Positions 21,017 through 31,969 of a DNA stretch of 64,000 nt are shown here, piece after piece (within the stretch, counting starts at the first letter, position 1; the number at the start of each line of letters is the position of its first letter). The stretch is from Escherichia coli O157:H7 (lineage in GTDB: Bacteria; Pseudomonadota; Gammaproteobacteria; Enterobacterales; Enterobacteriaceae), in NCBI RefSeq assembly GCF_013167455.1, contig NZ_CP038328.1, one strand, 5' to 3'. The notes beneath the pieces are model-generated. The model was given only the letters and a program-made list of their open reading frames with translations, did no database searches and was not told the origin of the DNA. The translations under genes were made by a program, and so were the position numbers.

Positions 21017-21966
21017 CCGTGTTCTCCCACGCTTTTTTGCTGGTGTTTGTGAAACCACATTATCGGCACAATTAGCAGCAGCAACATGATGATCGCTACC
21101 GCCGAGGCCACCGGCCAGTCGCGGTTATTGAAAAACTCTTGCCATAGCACGCGCCCGATCATGATGCTGTCCGGGCCACCGAGCAGTTCCGGGATCACAA
21201 ACTCGCCCACAGCCGGGATAAACACCAGCATCGATCCGGCAATAATCCCACCTTTAGTCAGCGGCACGATCACAGTAAAGAACGTTTTCAGCGGTCGTGC
21301 ACCGAGATCCAGCGCTGCTTCCACCAGCGAATAATCAATACGAATCAACGCGGTATAAATCGGCAGCACCATAAACGGCACGTAGGCGTAAACAATGCCA
21401 ATATAAACTGCCAGATTGGTATGAAGAATGGTCAGCGGTTGATCGATAACCCCCAGCCACAGCAGAAAATTATTCAGCACACCGTTGTTTTTTAATATTC
21501 CCATCCAGGCGTAGACACGAATCAGAAACGAGGTCCACGACGGCAGGATCACCAGTAGTAATAAGATATTACGGGTCGAAGGCTTACTGTGCGCCACCGC
21601 CCACGCCAGCGGATAGCCGATCAGTAAACAGCAAAATGTCGAAATCGCCGCCACCTGTAACGACTGGAGATAAGCATCGAAATAGAGCGGATCGCCGGTC
21701 AGTTGCAGGAAATTACCGAAATTAAGGGTGATGGACAGTTGCCCGTCAGCCCACTCCATCAGTTCGGTATAAGGTGGAATAGCGCGCGCCATCTCCGCCA
21801 GGCTTATTTTAAAGACAATCAGAAATGGCAGCAGAAACAGCAAGATCAACCAGATATACGGCAACGCAATGACCAGTTTGCGCCCATGCTTCATTTGCAA
21901 CTGCGACAACCACAGCTTAAATCCGCCCGGCGGTTTCGACTGGGCAGCAGGTTCAAGTGTACTCAT
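21013..21966 (-). CDS. potH: Putrescine ABC transporter permease
   Basis: 317-aa permease with EAA-type loop; pot operon synteny. Confidence 0.9.
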   Translation of the reverse strand: MSTLEPAAQSKPPGGFKLWLSQLQMKHGRKLVIALPYIWLILLFLLPFLIVFKISLAEMARAIPPYTELMEWADGQLSITLNFGNFLQLTGDPLYFDAYLQSLQVAAISTFCCLLIGYPLAWAVAHSKPSTRNILLLLVILPSWTSFLIRVYAWMGILKNNGVLNNFLLWLGVIDQPLTILHTNLAVYIGIVYAYVPFMVLPIYTALIRIDYSLVEAALDLGARPLKTFFTVIVPLTKGGIIAGSMLVFIPAVGEFVIPELLGGPDSIMIGRVLWQEFFNNRDWPVASAVAIIMLLLLIVPIMWFHKHQQKSVGEHG

Positions 21967-21975
21967 CTTTGCTCC

Positions 21976-23109
21976 TTAAACCGTCAGCACCACACAGCTG
22001 TCCACTTCCCAGCACAAACGCACTTCGTCGCCCCAGGTCGGTAACCCTTTACGATGACGATGGGCGTTTTGTAGCTGGGCGCTAATCATCTGCCCACTTT
22101 TCAGACGAACGTGATACACCGAAAGATCGCCGAGATAGGCAATGTGTATCACCTCCCCCACCGCGAAGTTACAACCATTGGCGGGCGGCTCTTCGCAAAG
22201 CATGATTTTTTCCGGACGCAGCGCTACGTGTACCGGCACGTTATCGACCACTGAAGCATCCGCATCGACTTTCAGTGGATGCACCAGCCCCGGCGAATAA
22301 AGCACCAGACCATCTTCCTGACGCTCTTTGAGTACACCTTCAAAGACATTAACCGAGCCAATAAATTCGGCGCTATAGCGGGTAGTCGGATGCTCGTAGA
22401 TCTCTTCCGGTTCGCCAATCTGGACAAATTTCCCACGATTCATAATGGCGATACGCCCCGCCATGGTCATCGCCTCTTCCTGATCGTGGGTGACCATCAC
22501 ACAAGTCACACCGACGCGTTCCAGAATATCCACCACTTCAAGCTGCATCCGGTCACGCAGCTTTTTATCCAGCGCGCCCATCGGCTCGTCGAGCAGTAAT
22601 AGTTTCGGGCGCTTGGCAAGGCTTCGGGCCAGTGCCACACGCTGTCGCTGACCACCGGAAAGCTGATGCGGTTTGCGTTTGGCGAACTCCTGCATATGCA
22701 CAAGGCCGAGCATCTCATTGACCCGGCTGGCAATTTCCGCTTTCGGTAGTTTGTCCTGTTTCAGGCCAAAAGCGATGTTCTGTTCCACGGTCATATGCGG
22801 AAACAGCGCGTAAGACTGAAACATCATATTGATGGGGCGCAGGTAAGGCGGCACCTGTGACAAATCGACGCCATCAAGCATAATCTGCCCGGCTGAAGGT
22901 TGTTCGAAACCTGCCAGCATACGCAGCAGCGTGGACTTGCCACAGCCGGATGCGCCCAGCAGCGCAAAGATTTCACCTTTGTAGATGGTCAGGCTGACAT
23001 CATCAACCGCATGCTGACCATCGTAGGATTTGGTCAGATTGCGGATTTCTAATAGCGGGGTCAGCGCCTTACGGGTTTTCGCCTGGGGGCGAGGGATAGC
23101 GTCATTCAC
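21976..23109 (-). CDS. potG: Putrescine ABC transporter ATP-binding protein
   Basis: Walker A GASGCGKST, LSGGQRQR signature, Walker B LLLDEP; 377 aa. Confidence 0.92.
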   Translation of the reverse strand: MNDAIPRPQAKTRKALTPLLEIRNLTKSYDGQHAVDDVSLTIYKGEIFALLGASGCGKSTLLRMLAGFEQPSAGQIMLDGVDLSQVPPYLRPINMMFQSYALFPHMTVEQNIAFGLKQDKLPKAEIASRVNEMLGLVHMQEFAKRKPHQLSGGQRQRVALARSLAKRPKLLLLDEPMGALDKKLRDRMQLEVVDILERVGVTCVMVTHDQEEAMTMAGRIAIMNRGKFVQIGEPEEIYEHPTTRYSAEFIGSVNVFEGVLKERQEDGLVLYSPGLVHPLKVDADASVVDNVPVHVALRPEKIMLCEEPPANGCNFAVGEVIHIAYLGDLSVYHVRLKSGQMISAQLQNAHRHRKGLPTWGDEVRLCWEVDSCVVLTV

Positions 23110-23203
23110 GGCTGCTCTCCGGCATTAAATGTGTGCAAGCGCACCATGTTGGTGCGAATTGCCGGAGGGAGTGGCGCTCCCGCCCGGCATCTAAGGCTGC
23201 GGA

Positions 23204-24316
23204 TTATTTTCCGCTCTTCACTTTGGTCCACGCGCGGGTGCGCACACGGTCGATTTTCGGAGCCTGTACTTTCAGAGTGAACAACTTCGCGCGGACATCC
23301 GCAGGCGGATAAATACCCGGGTTATCACGGACTTCCGCACTCACCAGCGGCGTGGCTGCTTTATTGGCGTTAGCATAGAACACATGGTCAGAGATATGTG
23401 CCACCACATCAGGACGCAGCAGGTAATTCAGGAACTGATAGGCTTCGTCTTTATTTTTGGCATCCGCAGGCATGGCGAATACATCAAAGAACGCCATCGC
23501 CCCTTCTTTTGGAATCGAGAACGAGACATTCACGCCATTCTTCGCTTCCTTCGCGCGGTTTGACGCCTGCCAGACATCACCTGCCCAGCCGATAGCGACG
23601 CAAATATCGCCGTTTGCCAGGTCGTTAATATATTGAGATGAATGGAAATAACGAATGTTCGGGCGCAGCTTTAACAGCAGATCGGTAGCCGGTCCGGTGT
23701 AATCATCCGCTTTAGTGCTGTTGGGATCTTTGCCGAGATAATTCAGCACGGTAGCAAAAACTTCTTCTGGCGCATCGAGGAAAGATACACCGCAGCTTTT
23801 CAGTTTTTCCAGATTTTCAGGCTTGAGGATCAAGTCCCAGCTATCGACGGGCGCGTTTTCGCCCAGCACCGCTTTGACTTTATCGACGTTATAGCCAATC
23901 CCGGTCGTCGCCCACATATAGGGCATAGCAAATTTATTGTCGGGATCGTGTTTGGCGACCAACTTCAGCAGTTCCGGGTCGAGATTCTTCCACTCCGGCA
24001 ATTTGCTTTTATCCAGCGGCTGGAAAACTCCCGCTGTCAGCTGGCGTTCAAGAAAGCTTGCTGACGGCACCACCAGGTCAAAGCCGGTGCTCCCGGCCAT
24101 TAATTTGCCTTCCAGTACTTCGTTAGAGTCGAAAACATCGTAGACGACTTTAATACCGGTTTCTTTTTCAAAGTTAGCCACCGTGTCGGGGGCGATATAA
24201 TCAGACCAGTTATAAATGTGGAGTGTTTTTTGTTCAGCCGCGAGCGTGCCGACAGAGACGGCCATCAGAGCACCCGCAACCAGACCCGAAAGCCATTTTT
24301 TATTTAAGGCGGTCAT
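23204..24316 (-). CDS. potF: Putrescine-binding periplasmic protein
   Basis: 370 aa from the internal Met (MTALNKKWLSGLVAGALMAVSVGTLA signal peptide); ORF track begins upstream. Confidence 0.9.
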   Translation of the reverse strand: MTALNKKWLSGLVAGALMAVSVGTLAAEQKTLHIYNWSDYIAPDTVANFEKETGIKVVYDVFDSNEVLEGKLMAGSTGFDLVVPSASFLERQLTAGVFQPLDKSKLPEWKNLDPELLKLVAKHDPDNKFAMPYMWATTGIGYNVDKVKAVLGENAPVDSWDLILKPENLEKLKSCGVSFLDAPEEVFATVLNYLGKDPNSTKADDYTGPATDLLLKLRPNIRYFHSSQYINDLANGDICVAIGWAGDVWQASNRAKEAKNGVNVSFSIPKEGAMAFFDVFAMPADAKNKDEAYQFLNYLLRPDVVAHISDHVFYANANKAATPLVSAEVRDNPGIYPPADVRAKLFTLKVQAPKIDRVRTRAWTKVKSGK

Positions 24317-24375
24317 ATCTCTTTCCTTCTGAAAGTTCGTTAACAAACGAACAAAAGTTGTCACACTGAAAGATA

Positions 24376-24391
24376 TGCAATAAACGTGCAT
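24376..24391 (-). promoter_or_regulatory. Possible sigma54-type -24/-12 element upstream of potF
   Basis: Minus strand reads aTGCAC-N5-TTGCA, near the TGGCAC-N5-TTGCA consensus, ~60 nt upstream of the potF start. Confidence 0.3.
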
Positions 24392-24666
24392 ATTTTTTAT
24401 CGGCGCGGTGTAAGAAAAGAGAACTCTCTCCCGGCCAGCACTGCTCGCTATATAAAAGCATCGCAAGAATAACTTTAGCCAGGGTTTGAGACTATAGCTC
24501 GGATTAAAAAACGGTATTTAACAAATTTTTATGCGTATTTGCTCTATGTGATAAAGCCAAATCGACACAAGAGAAGTGAAATAATCTTTAAGAAAAGGTT
24601 AAAAACAGCAGATAATTTTGCAGCGCGCAGCCACTGCACCAGCGACTGCGTGCTCGAAAGGAGTTA

Positions 24667-25143
24667 TCAGTGGAGGAAATAGTTTTCGGTAACGTTGTTT
24701 TGCCCTTCATCGTCAGTCGGTAACAGCAGTTGATGGGCATTAGCTTCAAGAATGACCATCGAAATCTGCTCTTCGCTCTGACGCACGAACCATGCAAACT
24801 GCTCATAGGTTACGCCCTGCATAACGGATAAAGACTGGCAAACCACCAGCTTTGGCAGATTATCATCCTGCATATCAAGAAATGCTTTCACGGTCAGCGA
24901 ACTGGCATTGATGGCAGATAAATCCGCCGCCAGCGGCAATACGGCTGAAGGTCGGACTTCCGCCATGGCAGAAAACAGGATCGTGTTATCGATCAGATCG
25001 ATTTTGGCATCAAAGACACCGTCGAAATTCTGCATATGGGGCAGATGCAGAGCCTGACAGTTATCACATTCAAAAAAACTCATCCCCAGGTCATCGAGCC
25101 ATTGACGCAGCGTATCCAGACCAGGAACGACCAGCGATGTCAT
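24667..25143 (-). CDS. ybjN: YbjN (putative sensory transduction regulator family)
   Basis: 158 aa from the internal Met (MTSLVVPGLD...); conserved between potF and rimK. Confidence 0.8.
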   Translation of the reverse strand: MTSLVVPGLDTLRQWLDDLGMSFFECDNCQALHLPHMQNFDGVFDAKIDLIDNTILFSAMAEVRPSAVLPLAADLSAINASSLTVKAFLDMQDDNLPKLVVCQSLSVMQGVTYEQFAWFVRQSEEQISMVILEANAHQLLLPTDDEGQNNVTENYFLH

Positions 25144-25230
25144 AATTTTGTACAACCTCTTTCGATAAAAAGACCGGCACAGCTTACGCAAAAAGAGCAG
25201 GCAAAACCATGATCAGTAATGTGATTGCGA

Positions 25231-26133
25231 CTAACCACCCGTTTTCAGGCAATATTCTGTCGTAGCGTGGCGTTCGATCCAGCGGATCATTTTACCCGCG
25301 ATGTCGATACCGGTGGTTTTTTCTATTCCTTCCAGCCCCGGCGACGCATTCACTTCCATCACCAACGGCCCGCGATTAGCACGCAGAATATCCACACCAG
25401 CAACGTCCAGCGCCATCGTTCGCGCGGCTTTTATCGCGATTTCACGCTCCTGTGGTGTGATACTGGCGACGCTTGCCGCGCCGCCACGATGCAAATTGGA
25501 ACGAAAATCGCCCTCTTTCGCCCGCCGTTCAATCGCAGCGACCACTTCATCGCCAACAACCAGACAGCGGATATCGCACCCTTGCGCCTCTTTGATATAT
25601 TCCTGCACCAGAATATGCGCGTTCAGACCGCGGAAAGCGTCAATCACGCTTTCCGCCGCCTGACGCGTCTCCGCCAGCACGACGCCAATTCCCTGCGTGC
25701 CTTCAACCAACTTGACCACCAGCGGCGCACCACCGACCATGTCGATTAAATCGCTGGTATCATCCGGCGAATGCGCAATGCCCGTGACAGGCAGGTCGAT
25801 GCCCTGACGCGCCAGCAGTTGCATGGAACGCAATTTGTCACGCGCCCGGGCAATGGCGACCGACTCATTGAGCGGATAGCTCCCCAGCATCTCGAACTGG
25901 CGCAGTGCCGCCGTCCCATAAAAGGTAATGGCGGTGCCAATACGCGGGATCACTGCGTCAAAATGGGGTAACTTGCGGCCTTTGTAGTGAATAGAAGACG
26001 CCGCAGGATTTATGTTCATGTAGCAAGAAAGCGGATCAAGAATTTCAACCAGGTGACCGCGCTGTATAGCGGCTTCACGCAGCCGCTTACACGAATAGAG
26101 CGTTCCATCCCGGGACAATATGGCAATTTTCAC
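25231..26133 (-). CDS. rimK: Ribosomal protein S6 L-glutamate ligase (ATP-grasp)
   Basis: 300-aa ATP-grasp protein, [19 protein letters not shown]-terminus. Confidence 0.92.
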   Translation of the reverse strand: MKIAILSRDGTLYSCKRLREAAIQRGHLVEILDPLSCYMNINPAASSIHYKGRKLPHFDAVIPRIGTAITFYGTAALRQFEMLGSYPLNESVAIARARDKLRSMQLLARQGIDLPVTGIAHSPDDTSDLIDMVGGAPLVVKLVEGTQGIGVVLAETRQAAESVIDAFRGLNAHILVQEYIKEAQGCDIRCLVVGDEVVAAIERRAKEGDFRSNLHRGGAASVASITPQEREIAIKAARTMALDVAGVDILRANRGPLVMEVNASPGLEGIEKTTGIDIAGKMIRWIERHATTEYCLKTGG

Positions 26134-26193
26134 CCTGCACCTCTCTGTCAGACCTGGTCAAAAGCCCGCGTATCATACATCGGCGTGGCGGTT

Positions 26194-26916
26194 TTAGCGC
26201 GTCGCCCAACCCTGTTTGTGCAAATAATCCAGAATAAATGGGCGGCTTTCTTTAATGATTGTTCGGCGGATATGATCGCTCCAGGTATCCCGGCGATTAT
26301 TGCTGCCACGGGTGAGGTAATATTCAGCCAGTTGTTCGTCATACTGCGCCAGTGCGTCTTTATCCAGCGGTTGATAGCTGTTTTCATGCACCAAAATGGA
26401 GGACGGTAAACGCGGCTTAAGATCCGGATTATCCGCAGGCCAGCCAAGGCACAGCCCAAACAGCGGCAGAACATGCTGCGGTAATTTCAGCAGTTTCGTC
26501 ACCGCTTCAATATTATTGCGCAGGCCGCCGATATATACCCCGCCCAATCCCAGCGATTCCGCTGCGGTTAATGCATTCTGCGCCATCATTGCCGTATCAA
26601 CGACACCGAGCAGCAATTGTTCCGCCAGGCCAAGCTGAGCATCCGGACAGATCTGTAAATGGCGGTTAAAGTCGGCACAGAACACCCAGAACTCCGCCGC
26701 TTGCGCTACGTGTTTTTGCCCGCCGGTCAGCGTCACCAGTTCTTCACGTAACGCTTTGTCGGTAATGCGAATAATGCTACTGCACTGCAAAAAACTGGAA
26801 CTGGACGTCGCACGGGCGCTGTTAATAATCGCCTCACGCTGCGCCTCGGAAATGGGTTCATCAGTGAAATGGCGAATGGAGCGATGGCCACAAGTAAGTT
26901 CAATGGTTGGCGTCAT
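26194..26916 (-). CDS. nfsA: Oxygen-insensitive NADPH nitroreductase A
   Basis: 240-aa nitroreductase-family protein in conserved position next to rimK. Confidence 0.9.
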   Translation of the reverse strand: MTPTIELTCGHRSIRHFTDEPISEAQREAIINSARATSSSSFLQCSSIIRITDKALREELVTLTGGQKHVAQAAEFWVFCADFNRHLQICPDAQLGLAEQLLLGVVDTAMMAQNALTAAESLGLGGVYIGGLRNNIEAVTKLLKLPQHVLPLFGLCLGWPADNPDLKPRLPSSILVHENSYQPLDKDALAQYDEQLAEYYLTRGSNNRRDTWSDHIRRTIIKESRPFILDYLHKQGWATR

Positions 26917-27187
26917 TATCTTTTTCTCTTTCTGAACGTGAATACTGCGGTGGACGGTTCATCAGCTGTGGGGCAAGACGTTTTGCCACCTGAAGAATAA
27001 CCACCACCGCAGCGGGAAGCATGAGCAAAACACCGAGAAAAATCATCAGAATCTGCACTTCTGGCCGAGAAAATGGCTCAGGCAGCGACAGGGAGTCGCT
27101 TACCGACAGCAGCGCCACCGCCAGCAACATCATTCCGATAAATTCCAGTATCAACACGCTTTTAGGCAATTTACCGATCGCGCGCAT
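26900..27187 (-). CDS. ybjC: Small membrane protein YbjC
   Basis: 95-aa hydrophobic ORF overlapping the nfsA start; ybjC-nfsA operon arrangement. Confidence 0.75.
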   Translation of the reverse strand: MRAIGKLPKSVLILEFIGMMLLAVALLSVSDSLSLPEPFSRPEVQILMIFLGVLLMLPAAVVVILQVAKRLAPQLMNRPPQYSRSEREKDNDANH

Positions 27188-27346
27188 ACGCTTCCCTCTG
27201 CAAAGTGAACCTTCAGTCTAAAACTTTTCACTGTATTGTGTTTAACAGTTATAGCTTTTAGCAATTAATGCAACAGGTTAAACCTACTTTCAGCGAATAC
27301 ATTTTAGCGTGATCATTACAGGCATAAATCTATGAGGAGAGAAATA

Positions 27347-27604
27347 ATGCAAACCGTTATTTTTGGTCGTCCGGGTTGCCCTTACTGTGTGCGTGCAAAA
27401 GATCTGGCTGAGAAATTGAGCAATGAACGCGATGATTTTCAGTATCAGTATGTAGATATTCGTGCGGAAGGGATCACTAAAGAAGATCTACAACAAAAGG
27501 CAGGTAAACCCGTAGAAACCGTGCCGCAGATTTTTGTCGATCAGCAACATATCGGCGGCTATACCGATTTTGCTGCATGGGTGAAAGAGAATCTGGACGC
27601 CTGA
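27347..27604 (+). CDS. grxA: Glutaredoxin 1
   Basis: 85 aa from the internal Met; active-site CPYC (MQTVIFGRPGCPYCVRAK). Confidence 0.92.
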   Translation: MQTVIFGRPGCPYCVRAKDLAEKLSNERDDFQYQYVDIRAEGITKEDLQQKAGKPVETVPQIFVDQQHIGGYTDFAAWVKENLDA

Positions 27605-27633
27605 TCGTCTGACAAGCCCTCGCGTTGAGGGCT

Positions 27634-28011
27634 TTACTGATTTTTTCTGTGCTGTGGTTTAAACAAGCTACTGATAAATAAGAAACACAGTGCCCCCAGC
27701 GCACACCAGAACACCGCGCTTAGTAACCATGCCAGCTCTTGCCAGAATGAGCGGGTCGGTGAAAAAAACAGCCGCATAATAAGCATTGAACAGGGTGCCG
27801 CCAGCATTGCGCCAAATAGAGGTTTCAGGACTTCTCTACGCTGTGAAAAGAAACTGGCAACTGCTCCAGGAAGAATGAAAAACAGCAAGCCGATTTCAGG
27901 ATGCCCGGCAGCCCGAAAAGCGCCTTTCATGTGCGTCGCCAGAAAAAGGCACACCACAATGAAGAGGACAAAACAGCAGATTGCCCCCGCCCAACGTTGT
28001 TTATGTTTCAC
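27634..28011 (-). CDS. ybjM: Inner-membrane protein YbjM
   Basis: 125-aa protein with multiple predicted TM helices; conserved position. Confidence 0.75.
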   Translation of the reverse strand: MKHKQRWAGAICCFVLFIVVCLFLATHMKGAFRAAGHPEIGLLFFILPGAVASFFSQRREVLKPLFGAMLAAPCSMLIMRLFFSPTRSFWQELAWLLSAVFWCALGALCFLFISSLFKPQHRKNQ

Positions 28012-28280
28012 TCGTTCCTCCTGACACTGCGTCTATCGAACACATTTTTCGCCAGTGTGGCGTTCAGTAAGATAAAGCCGCTTCGCATTCCATGCTAATA
28101 TAGGCCAACGCAATTCATATAGCCGTTGATACCTAATGTGATTACACTAGTAAAATATATTGTTACTTTACTATCGTTTAGGTGCGCTGAATGAATCTGC
28201 GCCCTGAATTCTGGTAAAAAACATTATCGTAAATTACCATTTCTTTCAACAGCTTACTAGTAAACAAGAAGTTAGCCTCC

Positions 28281-29966
28281 GTGAATATAAACGTCGCCGA
28301 ATTGTTAAATGGGAATTACATTCTGTTATTATTTGTGGTCCTCGCGCTTGGGCTATGTCTCGGAAAGTTACGACTTGGTTCGATCCAACTGGGTAATTCC
28401 ATTGGCGTTTTAGTCGTATCGCTGTTATTAGGCCAACAACATTTCAGCATTAACACCGATGCGCTTAATCTTGGCTTTATGCTGTTTATTTTCTGCGTCG
28501 GGGTCGAAGCCGGACCGAACTTTTTTTCCATTTTTTTTCGCGATGGGAAAAATTACCTAATGTTAGCACTGGTGATGGTTGGCAGTGCGCTGGTGATCGC
28601 CTTAGGGTTAGGTAAGCTGTTTGGCTGGGATATTGGCCTGACGGCCGGTATGTTAGCAGGCTCTATGACGTCGACACCGGTTCTGGTCGGTGCTGGCGAT
28701 ACACTGCGTCATTCCGGTATGGAAAGCAGGCAGCTCTCACTGGCACTGGATAATCTGAGCCTCGGGTATGCCTTAACCTATTTAATCGGTCTGGTGAGTT
28801 TGATTGTTGGTGCGCGTTACTTGCCGAAATTGCAGCATCAGGACTTACAGACCAGCGCCCAGCAAATCGCCCGCGAACGTGGCCTGGACACTGATGCCAA
28901 CCGTAAGGTTTATTTACCGGTGATCCGCGCCTATCGCGTCGGCCCGGAGCTGGTGGCCTGGACCGACGGCAAAAATCTGCGTGAACTGGGTATTTATCGA
29001 CAAACCGGCTGCTACATTGAACGTATTCGACGTAACGGGATTCTGGCAAATCCAGACGGTGATGCCGTGCTACAAATGGGCGATGAAATAGCGTTGGTAG
29101 GCTATCCCGACGCCCATGCCCGACTCGATCCCAGCTTCCGTAACGGTAAAGAAGTTTTCGATCGTGACCTTCTCGACATGCGTATCGTCACTGAAGAAGT
29201 GGTCGTTAAAAACCATAACGCTGTAGGTAAACGTCTCGCACAACTGAAGTTGACCGATCACGGTTGCTTCCTTAACCGCGTCATTCGTAGCCAGATTGAG
29301 ATGCCGATTGATGACAACGTCGTGCTTAACAAAGGTGACGTTTTACAAGTCAGCGGCGATGCCCGCCGCGTAAAAACCATCGCCGATCGCATCGGCTTTA
29401 TCTCGATTCACAGCCAGGTCACTGACCTGCTGGCATTCTGCGCCTTCTTTGTTATTGGGCTGATGATCGGGATGATCACCTTCCAGTTCAGCACATTCAG
29501 TTTCGGCATGGGGAACGCTGCCGGGTTGTTATTCGCCGGAATTATGCTGGGCTTTATGCGTGCTAACCACCCGACCTTCGGTTACATTCCGCAAGGGGCA
29601 TTAAGCATGGTGAAAGAGTTCGGCTTGATGGTGTTTATGGCAGGCGTTGGTCTGAGCGCCGGTAGCGGTATTAATAACGGTCTGGGCGCGATTGGCGGTC
29701 AGATGTTGATTGCCGGATTGATTGTCAGTCTTGTGCCCGTGGTTATCTGTTTCTTGTTCGGTGCTTATGTATTGCGAATGAACCGCGCACTGTTGTTCGG
29801 CGCAATGATGGGCGCACGCACCTGCGCGCCGGCAATGGAGATCATCAGTGATACAGCTCGCAGTAACATCCCGGCGCTGGGCTATGCGGGCACCTACGCA
29901 ATCGCCAACGTCCTGCTGACGCTGGCAGGGACAATCATCGTCATGGTATGGCCAGGATTAGGATAA
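28281..29966 (+). CDS. ybjL: Putative transporter YbjL (AAE-family, duplicated membrane domains with central TrkA-C-like domains)
   Basis: 561-aa ORF, GTG start, N- and C-terminal hydrophobic domains flanking a soluble region. Confidence 0.85.
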
Positions 29967-30042
29967 AACTGAAGTTGCCCTGAAAATGAAATTTTTTTGC
30001 ACAACCGCAGAACTTTTCCGCAGGGCATCAGTCTTAATTAGT

Positions 30043-30121
30043 GCCACTGCTTTTCTTTGATGTCCCCATTTTGTGGAGCCCATCAACCCCGCCATTTCGG
30101 TTCAAGGTTGATGGGTTTTTT
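30043..30121 (+). ncRNA. rybB: RybB small RNA (sigmaE-dependent, Hfq-binding regulator of outer-membrane protein mRNAs)
   Basis: GCCACTGCTTTTCTTTGATGTCCCCATTTTGTGGAGCCCATCAACCCCGCCATTTCGGTTCAAGGTTGATGGGTTTTTT matches the RybB sequence recalled from E. coli/Salmonella, including the terminator hairpin; candidate sigmaE -35/-10 (gaactt...tctta) just upstream; lies in the ybjL/rcdA intergenic region as expected. Confidence 0.85.
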
Positions 30122-30140
30122 GTTGCCTGAAATTTATCTA

Positions 30141-30677
30141 CTACCCTGCAACCCTCTCAACCATCCTCAAAATCTCCTCGCGCGATAGCGGCTTACGGTC
30201 GGTGACAAAATGCAGCGTCATCCCCTCAATAAACGCATCAAGCGCGCGGGCGGTTCCGGGTTCAAACCATTGTTCGAGCGTTTGCTGACTGCGCTGCATC
30301 CAGTTTTGCATTACCGTTTTTAATAGCGGTTTTCGGCTAGCCAGCGCGTAGAGCTGGTACATCAGCTCCATGTTATCCGGCGTTGCAACCTGTGAGCTGT
30401 AGATCATATCGGTGATAGCCTGGCATGCGCCTTGAGCATCACTAACATCGCTAAAAAATGCCTGATATTGCCGGGACATGATCTCAGTAAAACTGCTGAA
30501 CGCCTCCAGCAACAACTCATCAATTCCTGAAAAATAGTAGGTCATCGATCCCAACGGTACCCCGGCAAGGGTAGCAATTTTGCGGTGCGTAACAGCATGT
30601 ATTCCGTAAAGTTTCACCGCCTCCAGCGTGGCCTGGATAATTTTTTCTCGCCGTTGCGGATCGTTAGCGCGACGCAT
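30141..30677 (-). CDS. rcdA: TetR-family transcriptional regulator RcdA (YbjK)
   Basis: 178 aa from the internal Met; N-terminal TetR-type HTH. Confidence 0.85.
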   Translation of the reverse strand: MRRANDPQRREKIIQATLEAVKLYGIHAVTHRKIATLAGVPLGSMTYYFSGIDELLLEAFSSFTEIMSRQYQAFFSDVSDAQGACQAITDMIYSSQVATPDNMELMYQLYALASRKPLLKTVMQNWMQRSQQTLEQWFEPGTARALDAFIEGMTLHFVTDRKPLSREEILRMVERVAG

Positions 30678-30760
30678 GTCATTTCCTCTGTCTGCAATTG
30701 TGTACAAATGTACACAACCTTGCTAATGTTGTCTTCCCTCTTCTTATTTTGACGTGATCT

Positions 30761-31969
30761 ATGACCGTAAATTCTTCACGTAATGCATTGAAACGCCGAA
30801 CCTGGGCGCTGTTTATGTTCTTCTTTTTGCCGGGCCTGTTAATGGCGTCCTGGGCAACCCGTACGCCTGCTATCCGCGATATTCTCTCTGTCTCGATCGC
30901 TGAAATGGGCGGTGTTCTCTTTGGTCTGTCGATCGGTTCGATGAGCGGTATTCTCTGCTCGGCGTGGTTAGTGAAACGCTTTGGGACACGTAATGTCATC
31001 CTGGTCACCATGTCCTGCGCATTGGTCGGGATGATGATATTAAGTCTGGCACTCTGGCTGACATCGCCCCTGCTCTTTGCCGTTGGTCTCGGCGTCTTTG
31101 GGGCAAGTTTTGGTTCTGCGGAAGTGGCGATAAACGTTGAAGGTGCCGCCGTTGAGCGAGAAATGAATAAAACGGTTTTGCCGATGATGCACGGTTTTTA
31201 TAGCCTGGGCACGCTGGCAGGCGCTGGTGTCGGGATGGCACTGACGGCCTTTGGCGTTCCGGCAACGGTGCACATTTTATTGGCGGCGCTGGTAGGCATC
31301 GCGCCTATATATATCGCCATTCAGGCAATCCCTGACGGTACGGGCAAAAATGCTGCCGATGGCACCCAGCATGGCGAAAAAGGCGTACCTTTTTATCGCG
31401 ATATCCAGTTGCTGCTGATTGGTGTTGTGGTGCTGGCGATGGCCTTTGCCGAAGGTTCTGCCAACGACTGGTTACCCTTATTAATGGTTGACGGTCACGG
31501 TTTTAGCCCCACTTCCGGCTCGCTGATTTATGCCGGTTTTACCCTGGGGATGACCGTTGGACGCTTCACTGGCGGTTGGTTCATCGACCGTTACAGTCGC
31601 GTTGCCGTGGTTCGGGCCAGTGCGCTAATGGGGGCGTTGGGTATTGGGCTGATTATTTTTGTCGATAGCGCCTGGGTCGCTGGGGTGTCTGTTGTACTCT
31701 GGGGACTGGGTGCCTCGCTGGGCTTCCCGCTGACCATTTCTGCCGCCAGCGATACCGGCCCCGATGCACCAACCCGCGTCAGTGTGGTAGCAACGACCGG
31801 TTATCTGGCTTTCCTCGTCGGGCCGCCGCTGCTGGGCTATCTCGGCGAACATTATGGATTACGTAGTGCAATGCTGGTTGTACTGGCGCTGGTTATTCTC
31901 GCGGCTATTGTCGCGAAAGCCGTCGCCAAACCCGATACCAAAACGCAGACGGCGATGGAGAATAGTTGA
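30761..31969 (+). CDS. ybjJ: MFS transporter YbjJ
   Basis: 402-aa 12-TM-like hydrophobic protein, divergent from rcdA. Confidence 0.85.
   Translation: MTVNSSRNALKRRTWALFMFFFLPGLLMASWATRTPAIRDILSVSIAEMGGVLFGLSIGSMSGILCSAWLVKRFGTRNVILVTMSCALVGMMILSLALWLTSPLLFAVGLGVFGASFGSAEVAINVEGAAVEREMNKTVLPMMHGFYSLGTLAGAGVGMALTAFGVPATVHILLAALVGIAPIYIAIQAIPDGTGKNAADGTQHGEKGVPFYRDIQLLLIGVVVLAMAFAEGSANDWLPLLMVDGHGFSPTSGSLIYAGFTLGMTVGRFTGGWFIDRYSRVAVVRASALMGALGIGLIIFVDSAWVAGVSVVLWGLGASLGFPLTISAASDTGPDAPTRVSVVATTGYLAFLVGPPLLGYLGEHYGLRSAMLVVLALVILAAIVAKAVAKPDTKTQTAMENS

Noticed and set aside
27188-27346. Possible OxyR operator in the grxA/ybjC divergent region
   Set aside because: grxA is a known OxyR target, but I could not identify a convincing match to the four-element OxyR motif by eye, so no site is called.
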